DNA of 44,135 nt from a virus. The notes beneath the pieces were generated by a model. It did not search any database, was not told where the DNA came from, and saw only the letters and a program-made list of their open reading frames with translations. The stretch lies in the IMG/VR virus record IMGVR_UViG_3300034069_000450, positions 1-44,135 of that record; one strand, given 5' to 3'. The stretch's first letter is position 1. The number at the start of each line of letters is the position of its first letter. A program made the translations under genes and the position numbers. Of the stretch, positions 30,018 to 39,483 are shown piece after piece.

Positions 30018-31781
30018 CGCGTCTCGCTGCCGCACGGCCTCACCAGCACGCAGCAACACATCGGGACGGTCAATCAACGCAGCCTGTACCGCGCGCCGTC
30101 CGATCGGCGTGAAGGGCGCAGCGAGGGCCAACCCCGCCAAGACGTTCGTCGTTCCATCCTGACCGGATGCGTAGCCACCACCAGCGCCTAGGACGCCGCC
30201 GCCGGCCGCATAGAGGGCTAGACGGCCCGCGGTGCCGCTATCTGGCACGGACGATGGCAGAACGGTCTTTGCTTGGTCGGACAGGTCCTGAAGCCGAGCC
30301 TTGCCTGCGGCGAACGCACGCTTACGCGTCGACCGATCCGCCTCGCGCACCCCTTGGGCAAGGTTCTCAGGTGTAAACACGCCGTCTGTCTTCGACTTAG
30401 CCGCGGCCCGCTCGATCGCAGTCAGGTTTGCGTAAGCGGAATCCGCTGCTCGAAACATGGATGCGTTCTCGGGCGCCTGACGGCTCGCCAGTCCCATGAA
30501 CTCGTCGCGTACCGTCTCAAGCGTGTCAGCGATGTCGTGGTTGCGTGGCTCCGGGCTACGCCGGTACGCGTAGATCTTGTCGTTGAGGCCTCGCTTGATG
30601 GCTTGCAGCTGCGAGCCGTTAATGGGGTCGCTGCCGAACGGCCCGAGCGCGCGCTTCATAACGCTCGTCACCTCGTCGGCTTGATCGGTCGTCAGGGTGC
30701 CGATCTGAGCGCTGATATTCTGCAAGCCGGTGGCGAAATCACCGTCAGGCGTGAGGGAGATGCCGGACAGCCCTTTGTCGTAGGCCTCGTCAAGTTTGGA
30801 CTGAGCCCAGTCGATAAGCGATCGCCCAGGCGGTGTGTTGGGAGGCACCTCCTCTGCAATAGGCTCCAGAGCCTTGTTCACCGCAGCACGGTTTAAGTCC
30901 TCTACGCCTGCGCGCCGAGCAGACTGGATGGCGTCACCAATGATGGGGAGACCTGCGGCACGGTCCTCAACCGATTTAATCGCACCGCCGATCATGCCGT
31001 TTTGGCCGAAGATTTGGCCAGGCGTCATCGAAACGCCAGCACGGCTGAGGCTGCGGACAGCAGGCGCTACCACGGGCGACAAGACATTGCCGACGCCGCG
31101 CACGACGCCGCGGCCGATTGCTCCACCCAGGGCGTTCGTCACGCCGCCCTCAAGCGCGCCTTTCACCCGGTCGTTGTTGCTATTGCCAGCACCGTACGCC
31201 GCGCCGACGAGAGCATCAGCGGTGAGCGCACCTTTCAGCGCGTTCGGGACACCAGTGGCAAGCTGTGCGCCTCGGGCCGTCGCCGCTAGTCCAGTGCCCA
31301 GCGCGCCGCCAAGCACAAGACCGCCAACCTGTCCTGCGGTTGTTGAAAACGGATGGTCGCCGAACGCTGCCTGCTTGGCCCCATCAGCCTGTTGAAGATT
31401 GAGGTCATACTGCTCGCCGAAGGTGCGGCCCTCAGGGGCCGACCAGTAACTATCCCGCCCTGGCAGCACGGTCGTAATGCCCGCCGACAGCTCGTCTAAT
31501 AGCCCACCAGTCACGAAATCGCCCGCGCCGACCAATCCTGCTTGAAAATCGGATCCTAGCGGTTCGCGGGGTGTCTCCGCTGGCGCAGAGGAAGCCTTAG
31601 GCGCAGTCATTACCGGATCGTGTACCGTCGTGTCCGCCGGAGCAGGGGCACCCTTCAAATCGAGATCACCCTGCGCCACTCGCTCGTTGATGAAACGCTC
31701 AAGCTCGGCTGCCTTGTCGTCGCTCGGCGCTTCAACCTCGTACATACCGCCGTTCGCGGCCTTGATCTGATACTTCGGCAT
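29970..31781 (-). CDS. Internal virion / DNA-ejection protein (603 aa)
   Basis: Large Gly/Ala-rich protein with hydrophobic Gly-zipper-like stretches (GGLVLGGALGTGLAA; GGGVLGAGGGY). It sits with the other ejection genes. Confidence 0.55.
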   Translation of the reverse strand: MPKYQIKAANGGMYEVEAPSDDKAAELERFINERVAQGDLDLKGAPAPADTTVHDPVMTAPKASSAPAETPREPLGSDFQAGLVGAGDFVTGGLLDELSAGITTVLPGRDSYWSAPEGRTFGEQYDLNLQQADGAKQAAFGDHPFSTTAGQVGGLVLGGALGTGLAATARGAQLATGVPNALKGALTADALVGAAYGAGNSNNDRVKGALEGGVTNALGGAIGRGVVRGVGNVLSPVVAPAVRSLSRAGVSMTPGQIFGQNGMIGGAIKSVEDRAAGLPIIGDAIQSARRAGVEDLNRAAVNKALEPIAEEVPPNTPPGRSLIDWAQSKLDEAYDKGLSGISLTPDGDFATGLQNISAQIGTLTTDQADEVTSVMKRALGPFGSDPINGSQLQAIKRGLNDKIYAYRRSPEPRNHDIADTLETVRDEFMGLASRQAPENASMFRAADSAYANLTAIERAAAKSKTDGVFTPENLAQGVREADRSTRKRAFAAGKARLQDLSDQAKTVLPSSVPDSGTAGRLALYAAGGGVLGAGGGYASGQDGTTNVLAGLALAAPFTPIGRRAVQAALIDRPDVLLRAGEAVRQRDALGGLIGSGLALSYGR

Positions 31782-33070
31782 TACGGCAGCCTTCGGATGG
31801 TGGAGGAAACTCGGCTGCCGCCACCGCTCATTTCCTCGTACCCCTGTCGGGTCGTACGAATGAGGTCACGCAGACCCGCAATGGCCTCGCGCCGGCCATC
31901 CTCGCTCTGCGCCCTGCTCGGCAGCCCCGCCTGCGCCAGGCGACTCTCGTAATCGCTCATAGCGCCTTCGCCTGGCGTGCGGGTCAGCTTCCGGATTAGC
32001 GGCGAGAGGCCCGCGAGTGCGGCATCTGCGGCATTGGCGCTATCGCTGAGGCTGCCCCCAAAATGACCAATCCAAGCACCCTTCACATCGGTCTTGTTCA
32101 GTGCCGCTTCGGCGCGGTTCAGCTGTCCTTCTATCGCCTTGAGGTCAGTCAGCTTACCGGTGACATTCTGCTTCTGTCGGCCGGTAAGCTGGAAGCGTTC
32201 CTGCGTCATATCCTGCCCTCGCATTGTGACAGCCTGACCGGCTCGCGCGGTGGCCGCACCGATGTCCTGCCCACGCCGAGCAGTCGACGCGCTGATGTCC
32301 TGCCCACGACGCGCGGTGGATGCCGACACATCTTGACCGCGCACGGTGACCGCTTGACCGGCCGCCGCCCGATCATCTGCCAGCACTTTGTCGGCGCCGA
32401 CGCCGATCGCGACCATGCCTTTCAGGTTTTCGTCATGCGGATCAAACCCGGCGAGTTCGTCTGTCGTCCACCCTGCCTCGCGTAGGAGAGGCGCATGCTC
32501 GTCGATAAAGCCCGCTCTATCTGCCAACGGCAGCTTGCTCGCGGCGAGCGACACCGCAGCAGCCACCGCAGTTTTCTGACCGAACGCCTCGCGCCCGTTC
32601 TTGTCCAACTCGCCCATGTGCTTGGTGAGATTGGCCGCCATCTCAGGATCAAGCGCCGCGACATCTGCGATGGAGATCGCCGGCGCAGCGGGGGCTGATC
32701 GGCTACCGCTGACCATCACGTCGCCGGTTACCGGGTCGGTGGGCGATCCAACGTCCGGTCCGAGTGCGGTGACTGCGCCAGTTTGACCGGGCGCATGCTG
32801 CCGAAGATAACCTGCGTACGCCTGCCGGCCGAGCGCCGCGCGACGTGTCGCCTCGTTGTCCGCGTTGACCTTGGACAGCACGCCGAACGTCTGCGGATCG
32901 ACTGCGGCAAGAGGACGCAGCGCATCGGCGGTCGGATTCGCCGCATAAGTCGCCAGCGCATCGTCGCGCACTCGCTGTTGTTTAAGCTGACGCCCCTGCT
33001 GATAGGCTTCCAAGACCCCGCGCGACGGGTCACCGGCTTGCTGAAGGATGCCCCAATTAATCTGCGTCAT
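31781..33070 (-). CDS. Internal virion / ejection protein (429 aa) with RGQD tandem repeats
   Basis: Position, composition, and the in-frame 11-aa repeats RGQD[VI]SASTAR. Confidence 0.55.
   Translation of the reverse strand: MTQINWGILQQAGDPSRGVLEAYQQGRQLKQQRVRDDALATYAANPTADALRPLAAVDPQTFGVLSKVNADNEATRRAALGRQAYAGYLRQHAPGQTGAVTALGPDVGSPTDPVTGDVMVSGSRSAPAAPAISIADVAALDPEMAANLTKHMGELDKNGREAFGQKTAVAAAVSLAASKLPLADRAGFIDEHAPLLREAGWTTDELAGFDPHDENLKGMVAIGVGADKVLADDRAAAGQAVTVRGQDVSASTARRGQDISASTARRGQDIGAATARAGQAVTMRGQDMTQERFQLTGRQKQNVTGKLTDLKAIEGQLNRAEAALNKTDVKGAWIGHFGGSLSDSANAADAALAGLSPLIRKLTRTPGEGAMSDYESRLAQAGLPSRAQSEDGRREAIAGLRDLIRTTRQGYEEMSGGGSRVSSTIRRLP
32206..32350 (-). repeat. In-frame tandem repeat, 33-nt period (about 3 full and 2 partial units)
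   Basis: gatgtcctgcccacg recurs at 32261 and 32294, with degenerate units at 32228 and 32327. Protein: VRGQDVSASTARRGQDISASTARRGQDIGAATARAGQAVTMRGQDM. Confidence 0.75.
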
Positions 33071-33192
33071 GCTTCACGCTCCAGCTCAGCAATCCGCGCT
33101 TTGATTTCACGCACGTTCTCAGCAAGCCCGGTTCGGCCTTCGCGCGCCGCTAGCTTGGCACGCAGGGCAGCTAGTTCCTCGTCGCGGGTCAT
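33067..33192 (-). CDS. Small coiled-coil protein (41 aa)
   Basis: MTRDEELAALRAKLAARREGRTGLAENVREIKARIAELEREA. ATGA overlaps on both sides. Confidence 0.45.
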   Translation of the reverse strand: MTRDEELAALRAKLAAREGRTGLAENVREIKARIAELEREA

Positions 33193-33920
33193 CGCCCGAA
33201 CGGGTTCTGGCTAAGGGCGAACGGGCCGTTGAACACACCCGCTTGCGGCAAACTGTACCCGCCCACCGGCGCTGGCAATGCGTTCGGGGTCTTGTAGCTC
33301 GATTGGCCGAAATAGGTGGCGAGCGCGTTGCCGACGCCTTGAATGGCTTGGCTCTGGCCTTGCGCGCCGTACAGTGCCGCATTGGCCGCTGCCGACGAGG
33401 CGTTGTTGTTTGCCGCTGCCGACTGGTTGCCATAAGCGACGCCCGCACCGGTGGCGGCTCCCAAGGCGCTCGCTCCCGCCGCTTGCTGCCCCTGAAGCGC
33501 ATTAACGTACTGACCCATGGTCTGGCTCGCAAGGCCAGCACCGTACTTGGCCAACGCCTTCTGCGCTGCGCCGCTTTCAAGGGCGCCACGAGCGGCATAG
33601 CCGGTGTTGACGGCGGATAGTCCCTGGTTGAGCGTGTCCTGATAGCCGCTGGCGTTGCGGAAGGTGGCAAGCGCATCCTGCGCCGCTCCCGCGTCACCGC
33701 CGAGCCCGAGTAAGGCGTTGATCTGCGCTCCGGCCGCGTTGCCGCGATCCAATGTAGGCTGCGCCATGCCCATGTTGGTGTTGTAGATTGACAGCGCTTG
33801 TGCACGATCCGCCGCTGCCGACTGCGCGGCGATCTTGGCGGCTTTCTTCGCACCTTTGCCGCTGGTGATCCCCGACAAAAGGCTGGTAGCGCCCCCGATC
33901 CCGGCTGCGATTATAGGCAT
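33189..33920 (-). CDS. Gly/Ala/Gln-rich internal virion protein (243 aa)
   Basis: Starts at MPIIAAGIGGATSLL (ATG 33920). The track's 5' extension overlaps the upstream gene. Confidence 0.5.
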   Translation of the reverse strand: MPIIAAGIGGATSLLSGITSGKGAKKAAKIAAQSAAADRAQALSIYNTNMGMAQPTLDRGNAAGAQINALLGLGGDAGAAQDALATFRNASGYQDTLNQGLSAVNTGYAARGALESGAAQKALAKYGAGLASQTMGQYVNALQGQQAAGASALGAATGAGVAYGNQSAAANNNASSAAANAALYGAQGQSQAIQGVGNALATYFGQSSYKTPNALPAPVGGYSLPQAGVFNGPFALSQNPFGR

Positions 33921-34348
33921 GCGGCCCTCCACTCGAAATGCTCGACGGCGCCGAAATGCTCGGATTGCGCCACGCCGCGGGACAGCATGCCGATCTGCCG
34001 GTTGAACCAACGTGCCCGCACGTTGACCACCGGCGTCTGCGACCAGATGACAGCTCCTAATTCGGCCGCTGCCCATGCGAACATGGCGCGCCCCATCTCG
34101 ATTGCGGCACGTCCGCGGCAACCGAGGCGGAACATCGTGTGCTTTTCCCAGATGCCCAGAAACGCGGGTCCGGTGTGCTGGAACAGCATCATCGCGTCGC
34201 CGTCGTGGACAATGCGCACATCACCGCGCGCAACGATCGCCGATAGGTCTACCTCCCCCTCCTCGACCGGGGCACCGATGTGGGGCCGAATGGCCGGATC
34301 GTTGGCGAATGCGTTGACCAGATTGGCGTCGTGCGTCAGTCGCAGCAT
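33911..34348 (-). CDS. Acetyltransferase-fold-like small protein, paralog B
   Basis: About 35-40% identical by eye to 34336..34770 (LVN..AN.PA, HTMF, CRGR.A.E.G.A, W.QTP, RWFN..IG). Confidence 0.4.
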   Translation of the reverse strand: MLRLTHDANLVNAFANDPAIRPHIGAPVEEGEVDLSAIVARGDVRIVHDGDAMMLFQHTGPAFLGIWEKHTMFRLGCRGRAAIEMGRAMFAWAAAELGAVIWSQTPVVNVRARWFNRQIGMLSRGVAQSEHFGAVEHFEWRAACL

Positions 34349-34770
34349 CCGGGCTTCCTCATGACAAAGCGCTCGACTTCGCCGTGTACGGGGTGGAGGC
34401 CGATCCCGGCGGGCTCAAATCCGATGCGGTGGTTAAACCAGCGGACGTGGCGGAGAATACTAGGCGTCTGTCCCCAGAGCATGGTGGCGCCGTGGTCGAA
34501 CATCCATCCGCACAGGGCCTTGCCAGCCTCTACAGCCGACCGGCCACGACATGTGGGCAGGAACATCGTGTGGCCTTCCCAAACACCAGGCGCGCTCCAT
34601 TCGAAAATCGCTACGGCATCACCGCCATTAGAGAGAATGCGGTACTCGTCGGACTCTATACAGGGCGTGAAGTCGAGTGCGTCCCGTTTCCCTAGATCGA
34701 AGTACGGCAGCACGGCCGGGTGATTGGCGATGCGATTGACCAGCGTCGCCCCAGTCTCGCGCCGGATCAT
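34336..34770 (-). CDS. Acetyltransferase-fold-like small protein, paralog A
   Basis: Tandem paralog of the gene above. From memory it resembles podovirus proteins annotated 'internal virion protein A'. Confidence 0.4.
   Translation of the reverse strand: MIRRETGATLVNRIANHPAVLPYFDLGKRDALDFTPCIESDEYRILSNGGDAVAIFEWSAPGVWEGHTMFLPTCRGRSAVEAGKALCGWMFDHGATMLWGQTPSILRHVRWFNHRIGFEPAGIGLHPVHGEVERFVMRKPGCCD
34456..34466 (-). promoter_or_regulatory. CGCCTAGTATT motif copy 3 (inside paralog A, 107 nt upstream of the paralog B ATG)
   Basis: Exact 11-mer. Confidence 0.4.
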
Positions 34771-35393
34771 GGTTCGACCGTGTTGCCCTGCTTCGCCACG
34801 ACGTAACCAGGGCGGCGAGGTCCTTCGCCCCCATCCGTAGTGCCAGTTGTCGGGATCATGACAGCGCCAACGACATGCGTGTCACCGGTTTGGACCGGGG
34901 GCGTGGTGCTGATCGTGTAGGTAACAGTGCCGCCGGTGCGCGCCGCATCCACGTAAGAGACATAATCCGTATCGCCACTGGCCGTTACCGGCCTCGTACC
35001 GCCATTGACCGCCACGCTGGTGCCGTCTGCGTAGTAGCGTGTGTGGGCAGCGATCGTGATGGTGGTAGGCGAGGCCGTCAGCACCGAAGCGGGATCGATA
35101 TAGCTGCCCTGTAGCGCAGCTTCACGCTTTGTCGCGGCGGTCTGCTCGGCTGCTGCGTCAGCGGCTTCCCGCGCCGCTTGTGCGGCCTCCTTGGCTTCCT
35201 TTGCTGCTTCGGCGTTCTGCCTGACAGCCTCGTCGAGCTGATCCGTGATGCCAAGAATTTCGGCAATCTTGTTGATGACGAACTCAATCTGCTCGGCGAA
35301 CGACTGCCAATATCGTGTGAAAGTCAGCGTCGGTCGGCGGTTCTCGTCGACTAGTTCCGGCGAACCGATGAGGCGGGGCAGCTTGATCGCCAT
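34767..35393 (-). CDS. Tail needle/fibre-like protein with central coiled coil (208 aa)
   Basis: DQLDEAVRQNAEAAKEAKEAAQAAREAADAAAEQTAATKREAALQ, followed by a Thr/Gly-rich beta region. Confidence 0.45.
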   Translation of the reverse strand: MAIKLPRLIGSPELVDENRRPTLTFTRYWQSFAEQIEFVINKIAEILGITDQLDEAVRQNAEAAKEAKEAAQAAREAADAAAEQTAATKREAALQGSYIDPASVLTASPTTITIAAHTRYYADGTSVAVNGGTRPVTASGDTDYVSYVDAARTGGTVTYTISTTPPVQTGDTHVVGAVMIPTTGTTDGGEGPRRPGYVVAKQGNTVEP

Positions 35394-36763
35394 CAGCGTG
35401 AGCGCCCACCCTGAACCTCGTTGGCGCGCACCGCTGACACGCGGAAACGCAACGGATCAGTGCAGCGCACTTCAAAGATGCCGCCAGGCGCATCAAACGA
35501 ACCGAACCGCCGCCAGACAGCGCGGGCACGATACTGCCCTTGACGCCCCATGCCCGCCTGCCGCCAATCACTCCACGTCTTGCCTCCATCTCGGGAGGAC
35601 CGCAGTTCGACCAAAGGATCATCGTCTAGCGATAGAGCGCCGCCAAAATCCGCGTCCAGATGAACGGTGTCGAGCGTGAACGATCCATCGCTGATCGGCT
35701 GGAATGCGGTAAACAGCTTGGAGATTGGCTGTCCGTCATCATCAGCCTTACTATCGCGCAAGCTCCATACGCGGCCCGTTGCGTCGTCACCAAGCAGCGC
35801 CATTCCATCCATGAAAGCCGACGACCGGACACGCCAATTGTCTCGACCGAAGCTAGCGAACTCGCACCACTCAAGCGTTGCAACGTCGAATGCCAACGTC
35901 TCGGTATCGAGGCGCACACAGAAGAATTTGTGACCCTCATAGGCGAAGGTGAAGGCCGAAATGCTGGACGACGCCGCAATGCGCTCTTCGATGCCGGCAT
36001 CGGAAAGCCCCTGCGGCACTGCTCCTGATCGATAAACCCGATGGTCGTCACCGATCCAAAAAAGGGCGCTATCAAGCTGGCACGCGCACCCGGTCGCGAT
36101 AACCCCGCGCTCCATGTTGCGCCCTTCGACGCGTTGGAATGGCAAGTCAGAGTCGCCCGTGATAGCCCATGGCTCGATCGACGTTGCCCCCAAGAGCCAC
36201 AGCACGTCACCGACCACGATCATATCACGAAGCGGATCAGGAGAGCTTTCTGCCGACGCATAGTCTAAGCCGTCCCAGCTTGTAGGATCGCGAAGCGCCG
36301 ACCAATAGAAGCGCTGAGTGCCAGAGCGAATAGCGACAAAGTAGCTACCAAGATATGCAACGGCGGTCGTGTCGGCATCGTCAGGAAACGACACCAACTC
36401 GGCGTATTTACCATTGTTGTGAACAATACCGGCGCCGGCTGTCACGATGACTTCGGTAGAAGAAGCCGCAAAACTTACCGGCCCATCACCATCTACACCG
36501 CCGAAAACTGTACCATTGCTCGCGATTAATTGCCCGCCCGAGATTGCAAAAAGGCGACCATCGAATGTGCCGGCCTGTTGAAAAATCCCGCGGATCGGGC
36601 CGTTGCCCAAAATCCATCCGAGTGACAAACCTGGACGCGAGATCAATACCACTCCATCCTGCGATGTTGCGGCCGCCTCGCTGAACATGTTGACGAGACG
36701 CAGTTCTGGCAGACCTGCGGCAAGCCGGCGGTACGTGCCCTTGCCATAGGCCAGCGCCGTCAT
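35393..36763 (-). CDS. Tail hub/nozzle protein (beta-propeller-like; positional analogue of P22 gp10 / T7 gp12)
   Basis: 456 aa. FYWSALRDPTSWDGLDYASAESSPDPL and repeated beta-blade-like segments. It lies between the adaptor and the needle. Confidence 0.45.
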   Translation of the reverse strand: MTALAYGKGTYRRLAAGLPELRLVNMFSEAAATSQDGVVLISRPGLSLGWILGNGPIRGIFQQAGTFDGRLFAISGGQLIASNGTVFGGVDGDGPVSFAASSTEVIVTAGAGIVHNNGKYAELVSFPDDADTTAVAYLGSYFVAIRSGTQRFYWSALRDPTSWDGLDYASAESSPDPLRDMIVVGDVLWLLGATSIEPWAITGDSDLPFQRVEGRNMERGVIATGCACQLDSALFWIGDDHRVYRSGAVPQGLSDAGIEERIAASSSISAFTFAYEGHKFFCVRLDTETLAFDVATLEWCEFASFGRDNWRVRSSAFMDGMALLGDDATGRVWSLRDSKADDDGQPISKLFTAFQPISDGSFTLDTVHLDADFGGALSLDDDPLVELRSSRDGGKTWSDWRQAGMGRQGQYRARAVWRRFGSFDAPGGIFEVRCTDPLRFRVSAVRANEVQGGRSR

Positions 36764-37431
36764 CGGTAGTCATCCTGACCGAACATGAAATACGCGTCAG
36801 GGCGATCCCAATCGAGCATATCTCGTTCCATTTCGGCTGCGCGCTGCGCTACCACCTGAACCGTCGCTGCGTCCGTACGCGCTTTGCCGAACATGGGTGC
36901 AAGGCGGACCGCCAGCATGGTCCACACAGCCTCCTGGAACATCTGCGGCACGTCGACGGGATCGGACGGCTGCATCACGGCGTCCGTAATACGACCGTAG
37001 CTGTAGCGAATCGTCGTCGCTTCGTCCGGCACCGGATAGAGTTGCATCGACAGTCCGCCCGTCGCGGTCAAGATGGCATAGGCAACCGGCACACCACGCG
37101 TAGTCACATTCGGCAACGCCACCATGTCATCACGGGACCAGAGCGCCAAAAGGCGTTCATCCCCGCCGGTCAACATTACCTTGGCCGTGCCGACACTGAT
37201 CGCACCCGGAAGCGGCATGACCGACACTCCCGGCGCAAAATCCACGGCGCCATCCGTGTCGCGCCACAGATTCAATCCCTTGGCCGCGTACGCCTTCAGC
37301 ATGGAGTTGAGGCGAAGGATGCCGTCTGTCAGCTCTTCGCTGGTCGGGTTCTCGCCAGACGCCAGCACCCCGATCTCGCGCACGGCTTGGGTGACCATAT
37401 CGCGGGCGGTCATGGAGAAGGTGGTAGTCAC
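36760..37431 (-). CDS. Head-tail adaptor / tail tubular protein A-like (223 aa)
   Basis: N-terminus MVTQAVREIGVLASGENPTSEELTDGILRLNSMLKAYAAKGLNLW is typical of podovirus adaptor proteins (from memory). Confidence 0.4.
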   Translation of the reverse strand: MTTTFSMTARDMVTQAVREIGVLASGENPTSEELTDGILRLNSMLKAYAAKGLNLWRDTDGAVDFAPGVSVMPLPGAISVGTAKVMLTGGDERLLALWSRDDMVALPNVTTRGVPVAYAILTATGGLSMQLYPVPDEATTIRYSYGRITDAVMQPSDPVDVPQMFQEAVWTMLAVRLAPMFGKARTDAATVQVVAQRAAEMERDMLDWDRPDAYFMFGQDDYR

Positions 37432-39116
37432 AATAGCCTCTCAATGGTAAGATGAGCGCCGGCCATTAAAACAATGCCATCATTGCCCATGCTAATAAAG
37501 ATTTCGCCATCAAAACCTGGTGCTTCTATATCAAGCACGAAGCTTCGGACGGTTCCTTCTGGCTGATTTGGCATGAAAATACCTGGGTTGCCGAAGTAAC
37601 CGTTTATCTGCGTTGTCCAAATATCGTCACCCGTCTCATAGGTCAGCAGGCCACTGGTTGTTTCCTTGTTAAATACACCGATACCCATACTAATACTACC
37701 ATCGCCAACAGCGCGCTTGAACTTACCGGCCAAACGAATACGATAGCGCGTCGAACCCACGGCCGACCCTGGAAAGCCTGCGACAAAGCGCAACTGCGGC
37801 TGAGGCGTGCCCTGGCCGATAATGCCATCCCCCCCACGTGGCACGTCTTGCGCATAAACATACGATAGCGTCTGGCCAATGCTAGGAGCATAAATCTTGT
37901 TTGGACTGACGTAGCGCGTTGAAGGTGAGATATAGCTGTTAGCTCCGCCGCCGACATAAATTGAGCCTGTCGAAGTCGTGATACTTCCGCCATACACAGA
38001 AAGCGGGGCAGCATTGTTATTGTAAACGAAGCCGGTTGTCCCAGCAGGCGCGTTGACAGTTACGTCGAGATTTCGGGTCAGCAGCATTGTACCGGTGCCC
38101 TGCACAAAAACCTCCTGCGAGGTTGTACTGAGTTTTCCGCCAATCCACTCCAACTGCCCTTGCTCAAGGTTGCACGCTAGCCCAGGCGCGACAAGCGCGC
38201 AGTTAAACATCGTGATCTTGCCGACCGATGCGCTCGCGTTGATCTTACTAACCTGAATGGCGTTGACGGCGGTCGTGCAGACTGAACGGCAATTCTCAAA
38301 ACGAATGTCGTCAACAAATCCCGCGTCGCCGGACCCGCTATCCGCCACGACAAGAAAGGGAGTGCCCTTGCCGACGTGATCACCGTTGCGGAATGTGATC
38401 CGCTTCGACCCGAACAACGTGTGCCAGACGCCTTCAAAGCCGAGTGGGTTGTCGCCGTCGCCGTCACGCGCGTACGTGTTCTCAAATAAGATGTCGTAAG
38501 CGGCCGTCGTTTCGAAATGCACGTTTGCGTTGAAGGATTGAATGTCTCGGAAGGCGCAGAACTGCGAGAATTCCTGCGCAAAGAACGCATAGCCCATGTT
38601 CACGGCTTTAATGCGCTCGGCAAGGCAGTGCTTGTTCGTGAACATCCAGACGCACTGGACCTTGTGCGACGTCTTCGGGGCAATGCCCGTATAGTCTGCC
38701 GCGTAACAGCCGGCAGCGCCGGTGGCGAACCGAACGATAGCTTTGTCGCTGAACTCAGCCGCGTCGAGATTGTTCGTGCGGATTAGCCGAGTTACGTCGA
38801 TGCCCGCACCCCGGACAAATTTACCAGAAGGTACAACAATCGCATGGTCAAGCCGGATGTCACCAGCGGGGAGAATGACGCCGGCCACGCCAGTCGTGTT
38901 GAGAATGGCGTTAATGCCAGCTGCGTTGTCACCGCTAACGGGAATGTAGGGAACGCCCACCCCATTGACGGTCGATGTGCCTGGCTGGCCTGGAGGTCCG
39001 GGGATTCCCGGCTTGCCTTCCGGACCCGGAACAGCCCGCTCCTCAATCAAGGCCAGCGCATCCGCCGTAAACCGCTTGAACGCCGTCGCCTCCGAAAGCG
39101 GCCGAACATCAACCAT
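37428..39116 (-). CDS. Tailspike with collagen-like G-X-Y tract and beta-helix body (562 aa)
   Basis: GPEGKPGIPGPPGQPG, then repeats typical of pectate-lyase-like spikes. ATG 39116 is preceded by GGAGAGTGAGA. Confidence 0.65.
   Translation of the reverse strand: MVDVRPLSEATAFKRFTADALALIEERAVPGPEGKPGIPGPPGQPGTSTVNGVGVPYIPVSGDNAAGINAILNTTGVAGVILPAGDIRLDHAIVVPSGKFVRGAGIDVTRLIRTNNLDAAEFSDKAIVRFATGAAGCYAADYTGIAPKTSHKVQCVWMFTNKHCLAERIKAVNMGYAFFAQEFSQFCAFRDIQSFNANVHFETTAAYDILFENTYARDGDGDNPLGFEGVWHTLFGSKRITFRNGDHVGKGTPFLVVADSGSGDAGFVDDIRFENCRSVCTTAVNAIQVSKINASASVGKITMFNCALVAPGLACNLEQGQLEWIGGKLSTTSQEVFVQGTGTMLLTRNLDVTVNAPAGTTGFVYNNNAAPLSVYGGSITTSTGSIYVGGGANSYISPSTRYVSPNKIYAPSIGQTLSYVYAQDVPRGGDGIIGQGTPQPQLRFVAGFPGSAVGSTRYRIRLAGKFKRAVGDGSISMGIGVFNKETTSGLLTYETGDDIWTTQINGYFGNPGIFMPNQPEGTVRSFVLDIEAPGFDGEIFISMGNDGIVLMAGAHLTIERLL
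38979..39026 (-). repeat. Collagen-like G-X-Y x5 tract
   Basis: GPE GKP GIP GPP GQP G in the translation. Confidence 0.7.
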
Positions 39117-39423
39117 TCTCACTCTCCACAAGAAAGCTTTCGGCAAGCTCGATCACGTACGAGCCATCATCATCGATCAGCAGAACCGCGTCATCCGGCA
39201 CGAATGGCAGTGACAATCCCCAATCGGGCACAACGACGAAGTTGGGAGCGGGCTCAGGCCGCGCGTTTCGCAACGGCAAGCCTTCAGGGTAGAGGCGGGG
39301 AGGACGTAGCGTCGCGGGCTTAGCATCCCAATCGGCCGCGCAGACCATTAACCCGGTCCACTCTTTACGCAGGTCGTGGAGGTCGTATTCGAAGCCGCAG
39401 CGATCACATATTCCGCGCGCCAT
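39109..39423 (-). CDS. Zinc-ribbon-like protein (104 aa)
   Basis: MARGICDRCGFEYDLHDLRKEWTGLMVCAADWD. AGGAGG lies 5 nt upstream of ATG 39423. Confidence 0.5.
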   Translation of the reverse strand: MARGICDRCGFEYDLHDLRKEWTGLMVCAADWDAKPATLRPPRLYPEGLPLRNARPEPAPNFVVVPDWGLSLPFVPDDAVLLIDDDGSYVIELAESFLVESENG

Positions 39424-39483
39424 ACGATCCTCCTGAAACTCGGTGCCCCGCCTTTTCATGGGCGCGGGGCCTTCCCCCGGGCG

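Noticed and set aside
32017-32033. Two TGCGGCA half-sites 10 bp apart inside the 429-aa ejection-protein gene.
   Set aside because: They correspond to repeated Ala-Ala (GCC GCA) codons in an Ala-rich protein (ANAADAALA). A few chance hits of this GC-rich heptamer are expected genome-wide.
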